From a virus (lineage: Duplodnaviria; Caudoviricetes): DNA of 38,810 bases. This document shows positions 1 to 9,938 of this stretch, in pieces. Positions within the stretch are counted from its first letter, which is position 1. Each line of letters begins with the position of its first letter. The position numbers were made by a program, and so were the translations under genes. The notes beneath the pieces are model-generated. The model worked only from the letters and a program-made list of their open reading frames with translations, was not told where the DNA came from and searched no databases. The stretch spans positions 1-38,810 of the IMG/VR virus record IMGVR_UViG_3300037419_002027. One strand, written 5' to 3'.

Positions 1-127
1 GGCAGCTACTTCAGCTGATCCGGTCACCCAGTACGCGCGCGAGGTCGCGGCCGGCACGCGCATCGCCGGTCCGCACGTGCGCGCTCAGTGTCGCCGCCAC
101 CTCGCCGACCTGGAAAACGGCGCCGCG
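1..127. repeat. 127-bp direct terminal repeat (circular assembly overlap), left copy
   Basis: 1-127 is identical to 38684-38810; terL reads in frame across the junction. Confidence 0.97.
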
Positions 128-1693
128 CGCGGCCTGGTCTGGGACCTTGCGGCCGCGCAGAAGGCGATCGGCTTCTACGAGAATGTGCTGAAGCTAAACG
201 GCGGCGACTTCGAGGGACAGCCGTTCAAGCTGCTGCCGTGGCAGAAGTACGTCGTCGGTAGCCTGTTCGGGTGGAAGACCGACGACGGGTACCGCCGCTT
301 CCGCGTTGCCTATGTCGAGACGGCCAAGGGCAGCGGCAAGTCGCCGCTGGCAGCCGGCGTCGGCATGAAAGGGCTGGTCGCGGACAATGAGCCCCGGGCC
401 GAGGTCTACGCCGCGGCGACGAAGAAGGATCAGGCGATGATCCTGTTCCGCGACGCCGTTGCCATGCACGACCAGTCGCCCGAGCTGCTCAAGCGGTTGA
501 CGAAGAGCGGCACCGGCGAAAAGGCATGGAATCTGGCGTACCTGCAGACTGGGTCTTTCTTCCGGCCGATTAGCAGCGACGACGGCCAGTCCGGCCCGCG
601 TCCGCACGTTGCCCTGATCGACGAGTTCCACGAGCACAAGACGGCGATGGTGCTCGAAATGATGCGCGCGGGTACGAAGAGCCGGCGCCAGGCGCTGATC
701 TTCATCATCACCAACTCCGGGGCAAGTCGGAAATCGCCGTGTTGGAACTATCACGAATACGCAGGCAAGGTTGCCTCCGGCGAGTTGCAGGATGATGCGT
801 TTTTCTCCTACGTGTGCGCGCTGGACGATGGTGACGACCCGTTCGAGAGCGAGGATTGCTGGCCGAAGGCAAACCCCAGTCTGCAGGACGCCAACCTCCC
901 TGGCTACAAGTACATCCGGGAGCAGGTGACCACCGCGCGCGGCATGCCATCGAAAGAGGCGATCGTGCGCCGGCTGAACTTTTGCCAGTGGACGGACGCC
1001 GAGTCGCCATGGATAAGCCACGAGGTCTGGAAGGGCGCGAAGCTGGAATACGACGTCGAGTCGTTGCGAGGGCGCCGCGCTGTCGCTGCGCTCGACCTGT
1101 CGAGTACAACCGATCTTACGGGGCTGGTGTTCCTGGTGCAACCGGTCGAGCCGGGCGAGCCGTGGAAGCTGGTCCCCTACGCCTGGCTGCCCGATGCCGA
1201 CCTGGATCGACGCGCGCAGCAGGACCTTGTGCCGTACGTCGAATGGGTGGCCGAGGGGCTGCTCAACACGACGCCGGGCCGTGCGATCAGCAAGCGTGTG
1301 ATCCTGCAGAAGCTATCCGCGCTGTGTGACTTCTTCGAGATCGTCGCGTGCGCGTACGACCGCTGGCGGATCGAGGACCTGCTGCAGATGGCGGCCGATG
1401 AGGGCATCAGCCTCCCGCCGATGGAGCCTTTCGGTCAGGGCTACAAAGACATGAGTCCGGCGCTGGAAACCTTCGAGGCTATGCTGCTGAACGACGAGCT
1501 TGTCCACAACGGGCACAAGGTGCTGACGATGTGCGCCGGCAACGCGATCACCGACCAGGACGGCGCCGGCAACCGCAAGCTGGACAAAGAGAAGGCGACT
1601 GGGCGCATCGACTTGATCGTCGCCGCCGTAATGGCCGCCGGCCTGATAACTCGCGCGGCAGAGCCGACGAAATCATTTTGGGACACAGATTGA
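2..1693 (+). CDS. terL: Terminase large subunit (true start ATG 38658, across the junction)
   Basis: Walker A VETAKGSGKS, Walker B VALIDEFH, nuclease motifs ALDLS and RIDL; frame open from position 2. Confidence 0.95.
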   Translation, partial: AATSADPVTQYAREVAAGTRIAGPHVRAQCRRHLADLENGAARGLVWDLAAAQKAIGFYENVLKLNGGDFEGQPFKLLPWQKYVVGSLFGWKTDDGYRRFRVAYVETAKGSGKSPLAAGVGMKGLVADNEPRAEVYAAATKKDQAMILFRDAVAMHDQSPELLKRLTKSGTGEKAWNLAYLQTGSFFRPISSDDGQSGPRPHVALIDEFHEHKTAMVLEMMRAGTKSRRQALIFIITNSGASRKSPCWNYHEYAGKVASGELQDDAFFSYVCALDDGDDPFESEDCWPKANPSLQDANLPGYKYIREQVTTARGMPSKEAIVRRLNFCQWTDAESPWISHEVWKGAKLEYDVESLRGRRAVAALDLSSTTDLTGLVFLVQPVEPGEPWKLVPYAWLPDADLDRRAQQDLVPYVEWVAEGLLNTTPGRAISKRVILQKLSALCDFFEIVACAYDRWRIEDLLQMAADEGISLPPMEPFGQGYKDMSPALETFEAMLLNDELVHNGHKVLTMCAGNAITDQDGAGNRKLDKEKATGRIDLIVAAVMAAGLITRAAEPTKSFWDTD

Positions 1694-2907
1694 AATTCCT
1701 CGACCGCATCTTCGGGCGTAAGGCAGCCCAGCTCACATACGACCAGGTCGCGGACCTGATCGACGGCACGGGCGACAGGATCATCGCTGGTGTGCACGTG
1801 AGCGCGAAAACCGCGCTGCAGGTGGCGACCGTGCTGGCCTGCGTTAAGGTCATCGCAGAGGGCTGCGGGACACCGAACCTGGGCGTATTCCGAGAAAAGG
1901 ACGACGGCCGCCGCGAGCGTGCGGTCAACATTCCGGAGTACCGGCTGCTCTCGCGGCGGCCTAACGAGTGGCAAACATCGCTGGAGTGGCGAAAAATGAT
2001 GACCGCTCACGCTGTGCTGACCGGCACCGGGCTGTCGATCAAGGTGCGCGGCGACAACCGCCGGGTGCGCGAACTGATTCCCATCGAGCCTGGCCAGTGG
2101 GACGTCCGCCGCATCTCTCGCTACGAACTGCGGTACCGCTGCTGGGACGAGTTTGGCCTGATCGGTGAGTTCGAGCCTGACGACGTCTTCCTGATCCATG
2201 GACTCCAGTGGAACTGGACGAAGAGCCTGGATGCGGTCAAGTTGGCGGCTGCCGCGGTCGGCTTGGCCATGGCGACCGAGCGTAGTCAAGCTGCCATGCA
2301 CGAGAATGGTCTGCGGCCGAGCGGCATCTACTCGGTGGAGAAAACGCTCGACGAAAAGCAGCACGAGCGGCTGACGGCATGGATCCGGAAATTCGCTGGC
2401 GTACACCGCACGGGCGAGCCATTCGTGCTGGACAACGGGGCAAAGTGGCTGTCAACCGCACTGACGGGCGTCGACGCGCAGCACGTTGAAACGAGGCGCC
2501 TGCAGATCGAAGAGATCTGCCGCCTCTACAGCGTATTCCCAATCATGATCGGGCACAGCGATAAGGCTGCCACGTTCGCCAGCTCCGAGGCGTTCTTCGC
2601 CGCGCACGTCAAGCACACGCTGACACCCTGGCACCGCACCTGGACGCAGCGAATCGACGAGATGTTGTTGGACGGCTCCGGCCCGCTGTTCGCGGAGTTC
2701 GACGTGCGCTACCTGACGCAGGGCTCGATGGCCGATCGCGCACAGTGGGCGCGGACGATGACGGAGCTCGGCATCTACACGCGCAACGAGATCCGCGACA
2801 TGGAAGGCATGGATCCGATCGACGGCCTCGACGAACCCCTCACGCCCCTCAATATGAGTCAGGGCAACCAAGGAACCAACGATGCAAAAACGAACCCTCC
2901 CGCGTGA
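1690..2907 (+). CDS. HK97-family portal protein
   Basis: TTG start overlaps the terL stop; TALQVATVLACVKVIAE, RPNEWQT, NGLRPSG, TRNEIR motifs; synteny. Confidence 0.93.
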   Translation: MKFLDRIFGRKAAQLTYDQVADLIDGTGDRIIAGVHVSAKTALQVATVLACVKVIAEGCGTPNLGVFREKDDGRRERAVNIPEYRLLSRRPNEWQTSLEWRKMMTAHAVLTGTGLSIKVRGDNRRVRELIPIEPGQWDVRRISRYELRYRCWDEFGLIGEFEPDDVFLIHGLQWNWTKSLDAVKLAAAAVGLAMATERSQAAMHENGLRPSGIYSVEKTLDEKQHERLTAWIRKFAGVHRTGEPFVLDNGAKWLSTALTGVDAQHVETRRLQIEEICRLYSVFPIMIGHSDKAATFASSEAFFAAHVKHTLTPWHRTWTQRIDEMLLDGSGPLFAEFDVRYLTQGSMADRAQWARTMTELGIYTRNEIRDMEGMDPIDGLDEPLTPLNMSQGNQGTNDAKTNPPA

Positions 2908-3586
2908 TCTGGAGCGCCGCGACACGGCAGGCGGACGCGAGGTCCGCAACATCGCATTCGAGCTCAAGGCTGCAGGCGACGACGGCACCGTCGAGGGCTA
3001 TGGCTCCGTGTTCGGCGTGCGCGACGACTACGACGACGTGATCGCGCGCGGAGCCTACATGGCCTCACTCGCAGCGCACAAGACGGCTGGCACGATGCCA
3101 GCAATGCTCTGGCAGCACGACCCGAGCGCGCCAATCGGTGTCTGGACCGAGATGGCCGAGGATAGCAAAGGCCTGAAGATCAAGGGACAGTTGGCCCTGG
3201 ATACCGTCAAGGGCAAGGAGGCGCACGCACTGCTCAAGATGGGGGCGATCAACGGCCTGTCGATCGGCTTCATTGCGAAGCAGTGGGCATACGACCGCGA
3301 GACGGACGTGCGCACGCTGACCGAAATCGACCTCTGGGAAGTCTCCCTGGTCACGTTCCCCGCGAACGACAAGGCGCGCATCACCGGCGTCAAGGCGGCA
3401 GACGTCGCCGGCATCAAGACCATTCGTCAAGCCGAACAAGCCCTGCGGGATGCGGGTTTCTCGGCGGACGCGGCCAAGGCGCTGATCGCCGAGGTCAAAC
3501 GCATCGCTTTGGATGAGCGGGACGCTCATGAAGCTGCTGCGGCGCTGAAGGCGGCCGACCGGCTGCTCCAATCCCTCACCTCGTGA
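2882..3586 (+). CDS. HK97-type prohead protease
   Basis: EGYGSVF, MLWQHD, GLSIGF, EVSLVTFPAN motifs. Confidence 0.95.
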   Translation: MQKRTLPRDLERRDTAGGREVRNIAFELKAAGDDGTVEGYGSVFGVRDDYDDVIARGAYMASLAAHKTAGTMPAMLWQHDPSAPIGVWTEMAEDSKGLKIKGQLALDTVKGKEAHALLKMGAINGLSIGFIAKQWAYDRETDVRTLTEIDLWEVSLVTFPANDKARITGVKAADVAGIKTIRQAEQALRDAGFSADAAKALIAEVKRIALDERDAHEAAAALKAADRLLQSLTS

Positions 3587-3597
3587 AAGAAGATCAC

Positions 3598-5019
3598 ATG
3601 AAGAAAACCATCCTGCTGGCCGCGACCATGGCCGCACACTTTGCCGCGTTCCAGTCCAAGGCCGCGGTGGTCCCGTACGAAAAGCGCGACGAGCCGACCC
3701 TGCGCTCCGTCGCCGAAGCGATCGACCGGATCAACACGGCGTTCAGCGAATACAAGCGCACCAACGACGAGCGTATCGAAGCGATCAAGTCCGGGAAGTC
3801 GACGGCTGAGTTCGACGCCAAGCTGGCAAAGATGGACCAGGCCCTGGATTCGCTGAGCGAGCAGAAAAGCCGCCTGGAAAAACTCGAAGGCAAGCTCGCG
3901 CGGCCGGGCGCGCTGGGTGGCGGCGAGGTCGATCAGAAGGAATCCGCAGAAGCGATCGCGTACAAGGGCGCGTTCCTGGCATGGGTGCGTAACCCGAACG
4001 ACCCTGAACGCCGCGATGCCCTGTACCGCCGTGGCAAGGAACTGAAGAAGGTCGAAATGCGGGCCGCGCCTGCGGGCGACGACGACGCTGACTGGGCTCA
4101 ATACGAAACGCGCTCGACGCAGACTGTCGCCGGCACGGGCTCTGCCGGCGGCTACGCGGTGCCGAAAATGATCGAGCAGCAGATCGCGCGCTTGTCCGTC
4201 GACATTTCGCCGATCCGGCAGATCGCGACCGTGCGCACCGTCGGTACCACCGACTATCACGAGCTGTTCGATGTGAACGGCGCGGGCTTCGAATGGCTGG
4301 GTGAAGGTGACACCCGCAATCAGACCAACACGCCGGACCTGCAGGAAATCGTGCCGACCTTCGGCATGGCATCTGCCAAGCCGCAAGCATCGGAAGAATC
4401 GCTGGAAGACCTGTTTTTCGATGTTGAAAGCTGGCTGATCGATTCGGCGTCGGAGGCGATCGGCCAAGGCGAAGGTGCTGCTTTCGTCGGTGGCAATGGC
4501 ACGAAGAAACCGACCGGCTTCTTGGCAGGTCTGGCACCGCTCGCAACGGCGGATAGCGTGCGTGCGTTCGGCGCACTGCAGTACATCGCGTCCGGCCAAG
4601 CCGCAGCGCTGCCGACTAACCTCGACACGTTCTACGACATGGTGTACGCGCTGCGTGCCCGCTACCGCAACAACGCGCGCTGGGTGACGTCGAAGCTGCT
4701 GCTGGCGTCGCTGCGCAAGTACAAGGATTCGACCGGCCAATACATGTGGCAGAACGCTGTCGCAGCCGGTCAGCCGAATAGCTTCATGGGCTACGAGGTG
4801 GTCGAAGCGGAAGACATGCCGGCTGTGGCGGCGAACTCGTTCCCCCTGGCGTTCGGTGACTTCAAGGAAGGCTATCTGATCTGCGACAAGGTCGGCATGC
4901 GCATCACTCGTGACGAAATCACCACGCCGGGCTTTGTGAAGTTCTACGTGCGCAAGCGCGTGGGCGGCAAGCTGCGCAATTCGCAGGCGATCAAATTGCT
5001 GAAGATCGCGGCGTCGTAA
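3598..5019 (+). CDS. HK97-fold major capsid protein with N-terminal delta/scaffold domain
   Basis: Coiled-coil N-terminus; GGYAVP, GNGTKKPTG, FGDF, KRVGG motifs; follows protease. Confidence 0.95.
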   Translation: MKKTILLAATMAAHFAAFQSKAAVVPYEKRDEPTLRSVAEAIDRINTAFSEYKRTNDERIEAIKSGKSTAEFDAKLAKMDQALDSLSEQKSRLEKLEGKLARPGALGGGEVDQKESAEAIAYKGAFLAWVRNPNDPERRDALYRRGKELKKVEMRAAPAGDDDADWAQYETRSTQTVAGTGSAGGYAVPKMIEQQIARLSVDISPIRQIATVRTVGTTDYHELFDVNGAGFEWLGEGDTRNQTNTPDLQEIVPTFGMASAKPQASEESLEDLFFDVESWLIDSASEAIGQGEGAAFVGGNGTKKPTGFLAGLAPLATADSVRAFGALQYIASGQAAALPTNLDTFYDMVYALRARYRNNARWVTSKLLLASLRKYKDSTGQYMWQNAVAAGQPNSFMGYEVVEAEDMPAVAANSFPLAFGDFKEGYLICDKVGMRITRDEITTPGFVKFYVRKRVGGKLRNSQAIKLLKIAAS

Positions 5020-5073
5020 CCCATCAACCCGAGGCGGGCCACTGCGGTGGCCCGTCAGCTTTCCGGAGCAGCA

Positions 5074-5262
5074 ATGAAACTGATCGCAAAACAGAACTTT
5101 AGCTGGGCGCACCGCGGCGTCGAGGTCGAGCACTTCGAAGAGGGGGCCGAGATCGAGACCGAAGACCAGGATCTGATCGAGGTATCGACCAACGAAGGCT
5201 GGACGGCGCCGGCCGATGGCGACGCTGCGGCGCCCGCCGCTCGCACGCGCGCCAAGAAGTAA
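5074..5262 (+). CDS. Small head-associated hypothetical protein
   Basis: GGAG RBS; 62 aa; first gene after capsid. Confidence 0.65.
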   Translation: MKLIAKQNFSWAHRGVEVEHFEEGAEIETEDQDLIEVSTNEGWTAPADGDAAAPAARTRAKK

Positions 5263-5318
5263 TCACCGCGCCCGGGCAATTCGGGGCGCTTCCCTAACCG
5301 AACATTGAAAGGCAGCCG

Positions 5319-5732
5319 ATGGCCGCATTCCAGAAATTCAACGCGTTCGTCGAGGCGCTCGCGAAGAAGAAGCACAACCTGGCGACCGACCAGCTGGTGA
5401 TCCTGCTGACGAACACGGCGCCGAACGCGGCCACCGCGGCGGTGACGGCGGACATCACGCAGATCAGTTACACGAACTGCTCGTCCCGCAACGTGACCAC
5501 GACGTCGTCGACGCAGACTGGCGGTACGCTCAAGCAGGTGTTGGCCGATCTGACGCTGACCGCTGCCGGGGGCACCGTCGGCCCGTTTCGTTACGCGGTC
5601 CTGGCCAACGCCACGGCAACGAACGGCGACCTGATCGGCTCCTACGACTACGGTTCGAGCATCACGCTGAACGACGGCGAGAACATCCTGATCGACTTTG
5701 ACCAGGCCGCCGGCGCTTTCACCCTGGCCTGA
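5319..5732 (+). CDS. Putative virion structural protein (head decoration/spike base?)
   Basis: Thr/Gly-rich beta-type sequence; late operon between capsid and connector. Confidence 0.6.
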   Translation: MAAFQKFNAFVEALAKKKHNLATDQLVILLTNTAPNAATAAVTADITQISYTNCSSRNVTTTSSTQTGGTLKQVLADLTLTAAGGTVGPFRYAVLANATATNGDLIGSYDYGSSITLNDGENILIDFDQAAGAFTLA

Positions 5733-5734
5733 TC

Positions 5735-6163
5735 ATGACCCCAGAACAGCAATCAATCCTGCGCGCTGCCGCGCGCGCAAACGTGGCGTGCGCCCAGCCG
5801 CTAGCCGATCGGGACCTCGTCGAGCTGGCGCGGATCCTGTCGGACGGCCGCACCCGGCCCTCGTCACGCGAGATCGGCAACGGCACGGTGCTCGAGACGC
5901 TCGGCATCGAGGCCGGCAACAAGCTGCTAGACCATATCCAGTCGGCGCCGGAGTTGCGCTATGTGAAACCGCTGCTCGAGCAAGGCCGGCTGATGATCGG
6001 CTCGCCGGTTGTCCAGGCGGCGCTGCAGTCGTTCGTCGCGCTCGACAATGTACTGACCCAGGCCGATGCCGACAAGCTGTGCGCTCTGGGCCGGGAGCCC
6101 GATCCGCTGGCGCCGCAGGACCTGGCCGAAGCACTTTTCAACGCCGACGGCACGGAGAAATAA
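5735..6163 (+). CDS. Hypothetical protein in head accessory cluster
   Basis: 142-aa ORF tightly packed with neighbours. Confidence 0.65.
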   Translation: MTPEQQSILRAAARANVACAQPLADRDLVELARILSDGRTRPSSREIGNGTVLETLGIEAGNKLLDHIQSAPELRYVKPLLEQGRLMIGSPVVQAALQSFVALDNVLTQADADKLCALGREPDPLAPQDLAEALFNADGTEK

Positions 6164-6166
6164 CGA

Positions 6167-6562
6167 ATGGCGATCACCAAAACCGCGACGACGTTCCATG
6201 CGGCTTCGACTGTGGGCGCCGGCCTCACGCGCACAAATGCGCAGCGTCTCAGCTCGCTGGACGTTAGCGGATACCGGCGTGGCACGGTGACGTACGAACT
6301 TGCGAACGGTGTCAACGCACCCGGCGCGGCCCCGCAACTCGTCCTGCAGCAAAGCAATGATGGCGGCACGACCTGGCGCGACTTCGCCCTCGTCGGCGGC
6401 AACACGACGTCGAGCGGCGCGACCGCGTACACGGACCCTGCCGGCATGCCTACGGGCTCGGTCGACATTCCGCCGGGGGCCAAGATGCTCGGCGCGGTCT
6501 GCTATGGCCACACGACAAACAGTGTGCGTGTCACGCTCGAATTTTCGGGCGAGGTCGGCTAA
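6167..6562 (+). CDS. Putative beta-sandwich structural protein
   Basis: GGAG RBS; QQSNDGGTTW Asp-box-like motif. Confidence 0.6.
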   Translation: MAITKTATTFHAASTVGAGLTRTNAQRLSSLDVSGYRRGTVTYELANGVNAPGAAPQLVLQQSNDGGTTWRDFALVGGNTTSSGATAYTDPAGMPTGSVDIPPGAKMLGAVCYGHTTNSVRVTLEFSGEVG

Positions 6563-8104
6563 ATGGTCGCGCTGCGCAGCCAGCCGCAGGGCCTCGTGCG
6601 GCTCGACCGCGCGCGGGACATGTTCGCCGGCGCGCTGGGCGTCATCAACGCGCCGCACATCTTTAACCTGGCGACCGGCGTTGCCCTGCGTACCGCCGGC
6701 ACAATCCCGAAGCCTGCCCGCGTGGGAGCCCAACACGGCGTCGTGCTGCCGTTCCGTCAGAGCTGGTACGTCGAAACGGAAGTATTGCCGGCCATCGGTA
6801 CGGCATCGTTTACCGAGTTCTGGATCGGCTACCCGAGCGCGATGACGGGAACGCCGGGCGGTTCGGTTGAGCCATCGTTCGTGACCGGGTCGAGCGCAAA
6901 TAAGAGTGGAATTTGCACGAGTGTTGGGGTGTACCGGACGGCGACGGCTGACGGTTCGACCAGATCGAACACCACTGTCGGTACGTCTTGGGGTGCCGTC
7001 GTCAACTGGGGGGCGACGTACTACCTCAACAGTGCGAATGACGTGCCGACGGTCGGCGAGCTGACGATCCTCGTCGTCGTTCGGCGGCAAACGGGCATGG
7101 AGTTCTGGCGAAACGGCCGGATGGTCAACTTTATTGCCGGAGCGCCCGTCAGCATCCCGACACAGTCGTTCATTTGCGGTAGCTTCATCGAGTCCTCGAG
7201 CTGGTATTCGGCGAGTGACACACTGCTTGCGGGGCGTGTGTTGGGCGAGTGGTCCGCCGATCAGGCGCAGCGGTTCACATCGAGCTTGACGGCCGCCGTC
7301 GGCATGACGTTCGCAGCGCTGACCGACGACGGGGATCATGCCGCGCCGGCGGCAAGCTTGACGCTGACAGCGGAGCCCGGCGCCTTCGCACTGGCTGGCA
7401 TGGCCGCTGACGTGCGTGCAGCGCGGCGTCTGTCAGTGGTCCCAGGGGTGTTCGCCTGGAGCGGCGAGCCGGTGAGCCTCGCGACGACGCGTCGCTTGCC
7501 GGCCGGGCAGGGCTCTTTCTCGCTTTCTGGTGGCGCGGCGCGACTTTTCGTAGGCCACGTGTTGTCGGCCGGTGTTGGCGTGTTCGCGCTGTCCGGTTCG
7601 GCAACGTCGCTGCGCGCGGCGCGCAAGTTGCCGGCGCAATCGGGAGCATTCACGCTGTCGCCGGGCAGCGTGCAGATGGTGTACACACCTGCAGCCGGAC
7701 CGGGTGGGCCGACATACACGCTGACGGCGGTCGCCGGGGCGTTCGCATTGACGGTCGGAGCGGCCGGGTTGCAGGCACACCGGCGAATGTCCGCTGCGTC
7801 GACCGCGTTCGGCTGGTCCGGCGCGGCAGCGTCGTTGTTGGCTGGCCGTCGCATTCCGGCATCAGTGGGCGTGTTCGCCATGGCCGGCGGCGCCGCGACA
7901 TTGCGCGCTGCCCGCTGCGTTCCCGCACAGGCGGGAACGTTCAACCTTGCCGGCGCCGATGCGCAGCTGCGTTACAGCGCACAGGTCGCATATGCGCGTG
8001 CGCCGGCTGGCGCCGGCTACGCGCCGAAGCAGCATTACAACGAAGGCCGGCCGGCTGCCACGGGCGGCTCCAGACCCGCCACATTGCAAAGGAATAATCG
8101 ATGA
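6563..8104 (+). CDS. Putative head fibre/spike: lectin/LamG-like N-terminal half plus 22-aa repeat stalk
   Basis: LVVVRRQTGMEFWRNG LamG-like segment; about nine LxAxxGxFxLxG repeats. Confidence 0.55.
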   Translation: MVALRSQPQGLVRLDRARDMFAGALGVINAPHIFNLATGVALRTAGTIPKPARVGAQHGVVLPFRQSWYVETEVLPAIGTASFTEFWIGYPSAMTGTPGGSVEPSFVTGSSANKSGICTSVGVYRTATADGSTRSNTTVGTSWGAVVNWGATYYLNSANDVPTVGELTILVVVRRQTGMEFWRNGRMVNFIAGAPVSIPTQSFICGSFIESSSWYSASDTLLAGRVLGEWSADQAQRFTSSLTAAVGMTFAALTDDGDHAAPAASLTLTAEPGAFALAGMAADVRAARRLSVVPGVFAWSGEPVSLATTRRLPAGQGSFSLSGGAARLFVGHVLSAGVGVFALSGSATSLRAARKLPAQSGAFTLSPGSVQMVYTPAAGPGGPTYTLTAVAGAFALTVGAAGLQAHRRMSAASTAFGWSGAAASLLAGRRIPASVGVFAMAGGAATLRAARCVPAQAGTFNLAGADAQLRYSAQVAYARAPAGAGYAPKQHYNEGRPAATGGSRPATLQRNNR

Positions 8105-8640
8105 TCGATAGATTGATCGCCCCGCCGGCCGGGCTGGCGGTGTCGATGGTCGCGGCGCGCGCATCCGCGCGCACGAGCGGTGCGGCGCTGGATGCGGAGC
8201 TGGAGCAGAAGGTACGGGACTTCACGGAGGACGCCGAGCACCGCACCGGTAGGGCCCTGATCACGCAAACGTGGGAGGTGACACTGGACGCCTTCCCGGA
8301 CGCGATCCGGCTGCCGCACGCGCCGCTGGCCAGCGTCGCGTACGTCAAGTTCTACGACGTCGACGGCGTGCTGCAGACGCTGGACCCGCAAGACTACCTG
8401 GTCGACGCGAAAAGCGAGCCGGGCTACGTGGTGCCGGCGCCAGGCCGCGCCTGGCCGGCGACAGCCGCACGCATCAACTCCGTCGAGGTGCAGTACGTGT
8501 GCGGCTATGGGCCGGACGAGACGTCGGTGCCGGCCGCGATCAAGGGTTACATCTTGGGCATGATCGAGAACGACTATTTCCCGAACCCGAACGTGCAATA
8601 TCTGTCTCGCAAGCTCGACCGTTACTGGGTGCCGGGATGA
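8101..8640 (+). CDS. Head-tail connector (gp6-like adaptor)
   Basis: AEHRTGRALITQTW, YVCGYG, VPAAIK motifs. Confidence 0.88.
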   Translation: MIDRLIAPPAGLAVSMVAARASARTSGAALDAELEQKVRDFTEDAEHRTGRALITQTWEVTLDAFPDAIRLPHAPLASVAYVKFYDVDGVLQTLDPQDYLVDAKSEPGYVVPAPGRAWPATAARINSVEVQYVCGYGPDETSVPAAIKGYILGMIENDYFPNPNVQYLSRKLDRYWVPG

Positions 8641-8993
8641 CGGCGCCGTTTCGGAAGGACGAGCAAGTCACTATCGAGCGGCGCACGACAGTGCGCGATC
8701 CGGAGTACGGCACCGAGATACCGGGTGCTGAAGGCTGGGAGGTCTTGGCCGATCGCATATGGGCGAACGTACAGGACCAGCTACCCAGCCGCGGCGAGAG
8801 TATGGCGAACGGCGTGATCACGGCGGTGACGCGCACGCGGCTGCGCATCGACATCGACAACCGAATTACGACCGCTATGCGGGTGACGCTGCACGGCAGG
8901 GGGGATCGGCTCATGCAGATCATCGCCGGCCCGGCGCAGCTGGACGACCGGCGCAACGTCGAATTTATGTTGGAGGGATATTCGCATGTCTGA
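8637..8993 (+). CDS. Head closure protein (SPP1 gp16-like)
   Basis: ATGA overlap; VTIER..DPEYG..W..IWANV pattern; synteny. Confidence 0.8.
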   Translation: MTAPFRKDEQVTIERRTTVRDPEYGTEIPGAEGWEVLADRIWANVQDQLPSRGESMANGVITAVTRTRLRIDIDNRITTAMRVTLHGRGDRLMQIIAGPAQLDDRRNVEFMLEGYSHV

Positions 8994-9468
8994 CGAAGCG
9001 ATCATCGGCGGGCGCGAGCTCGACGCATTCCTGCAACAACTTCCCGTCAAGGTGGAGCGGAACATCATGCGCGCAGCGATGCGCGCGGGCGCGAATGAAT
9101 TCAAAAAGGGCGCGCAAGACGCCGCCCCCGTCGACGACGGCGACCTGCGCGCGAGCATCCGTGTCACGACCAGGTCGAAGGGCGGCACCGTGTACGCATC
9201 GGTTAAGGCGGGCGGCAAGAAGGCGCCGCATTGGCACTGGGTCGAGTTCGGCACCGCCGCTCACAAGATCAAGGCGAAGCCGGACCACGCGCTGGCGTTC
9301 AACGGCGCAGCTGTGCGCGAGGTTGATCACCCTGGTGCTCGGGCTCATCCATTCATGCGCCCGACCTTTGACTCGCACGCGGCCGCGGCGATCGCCGCGA
9401 CGGCGGCGAAGATTCGACAGCGCCTGACGAAGGAAGGTATCAACGTGCCAGCCCCGGAGGAATCGTGA
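8986..9468 (+). CDS. HK97 gp10-like tail completion protein
   Basis: APVDDGDLRASI, WHWVEFGT, PFMRP motifs. Confidence 0.9.
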   Translation: MSDEAIIGGRELDAFLQQLPVKVERNIMRAAMRAGANEFKKGAQDAAPVDDGDLRASIRVTTRSKGGTVYASVKAGGKKAPHWHWVEFGTAAHKIKAKPDHALAFNGAAVREVDHPGARAHPFMRPTFDSHAAAAIAATAAKIRQRLTKEGINVPAPEES

Positions 9469-9869
9469 GCGTGAAGGTCATCCGTGCGCTGTTGGTCGCT
9501 GCCGCGCCAGTCATGGCACGTGTACCGGCGGATCGTATTGTCGCTGGCGATGTGCCCGTGGACGCGTCTCTGCCAGCGATCGGCATCAAGGAAATCAGCT
9601 CGGTACCGGCCGGCGCCTTCGACGCCCAGGCCGAGTATTCGATTGTCACCAGTCGCGTACAGGTGACGGCCATATCCCCTGCGTATCCGGACGTGAAGGT
9701 TTTGCTCGACCTGGCGCGGCGGGCCTGCAACTTCCAGCGGGGCGTGCTCTCGGGAGTCGACGTCATCAGCGTCGTGCGCGACGCTGTCGGGCCGGATCTT
9801 TCGGATACCGCCGGCAACAGCTTCCAGAGCATCGATTTCAAGGTCACCTACCACGAGTCGAACCAGTAA
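9465..9869 (+). CDS. Tail terminator protein
   Basis: GTGA overlap; LPAI..SRVQV pattern; directly before tail tube. Confidence 0.75.
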   Translation: MSVKVIRALLVAAAPVMARVPADRIVAGDVPVDASLPAIGIKEISSVPAGAFDAQAEYSIVTSRVQVTAISPAYPDVKVLLDLARRACNFQRGVLSGVDVISVVRDAVGPDLSDTAGNSFQSIDFKVTYHESNQ

Positions 9870-9889
9870 CGACAGCAGCATCAACCCGG

Positions 9890-9920
9890 GCCCGCACAGC
9901 TTTCGCTTGCGGGCTTTTTT
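9890..9920 (+). terminator. Intrinsic terminator within late operon
   Basis: GCCCGCA...TGCGGGC stem followed by T6. Confidence 0.7.
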
Positions 9921-9938
9921 CATTTCCGAAGGAGAACC

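Noticed and set aside
1-127. Biological terminal repeat of the virion DNA
   Set aside because: 127 bp matches a common assembler k-mer and falls inside terL/terS; HNH plus P27-type terS points to cos packaging
3598-3690. Signal-peptide-like N-terminus of the capsid protein (MKKTILLAATMAA)
   Set aside because: Lies in the delta/scaffold region that is normally cleaved; no other evidence for export
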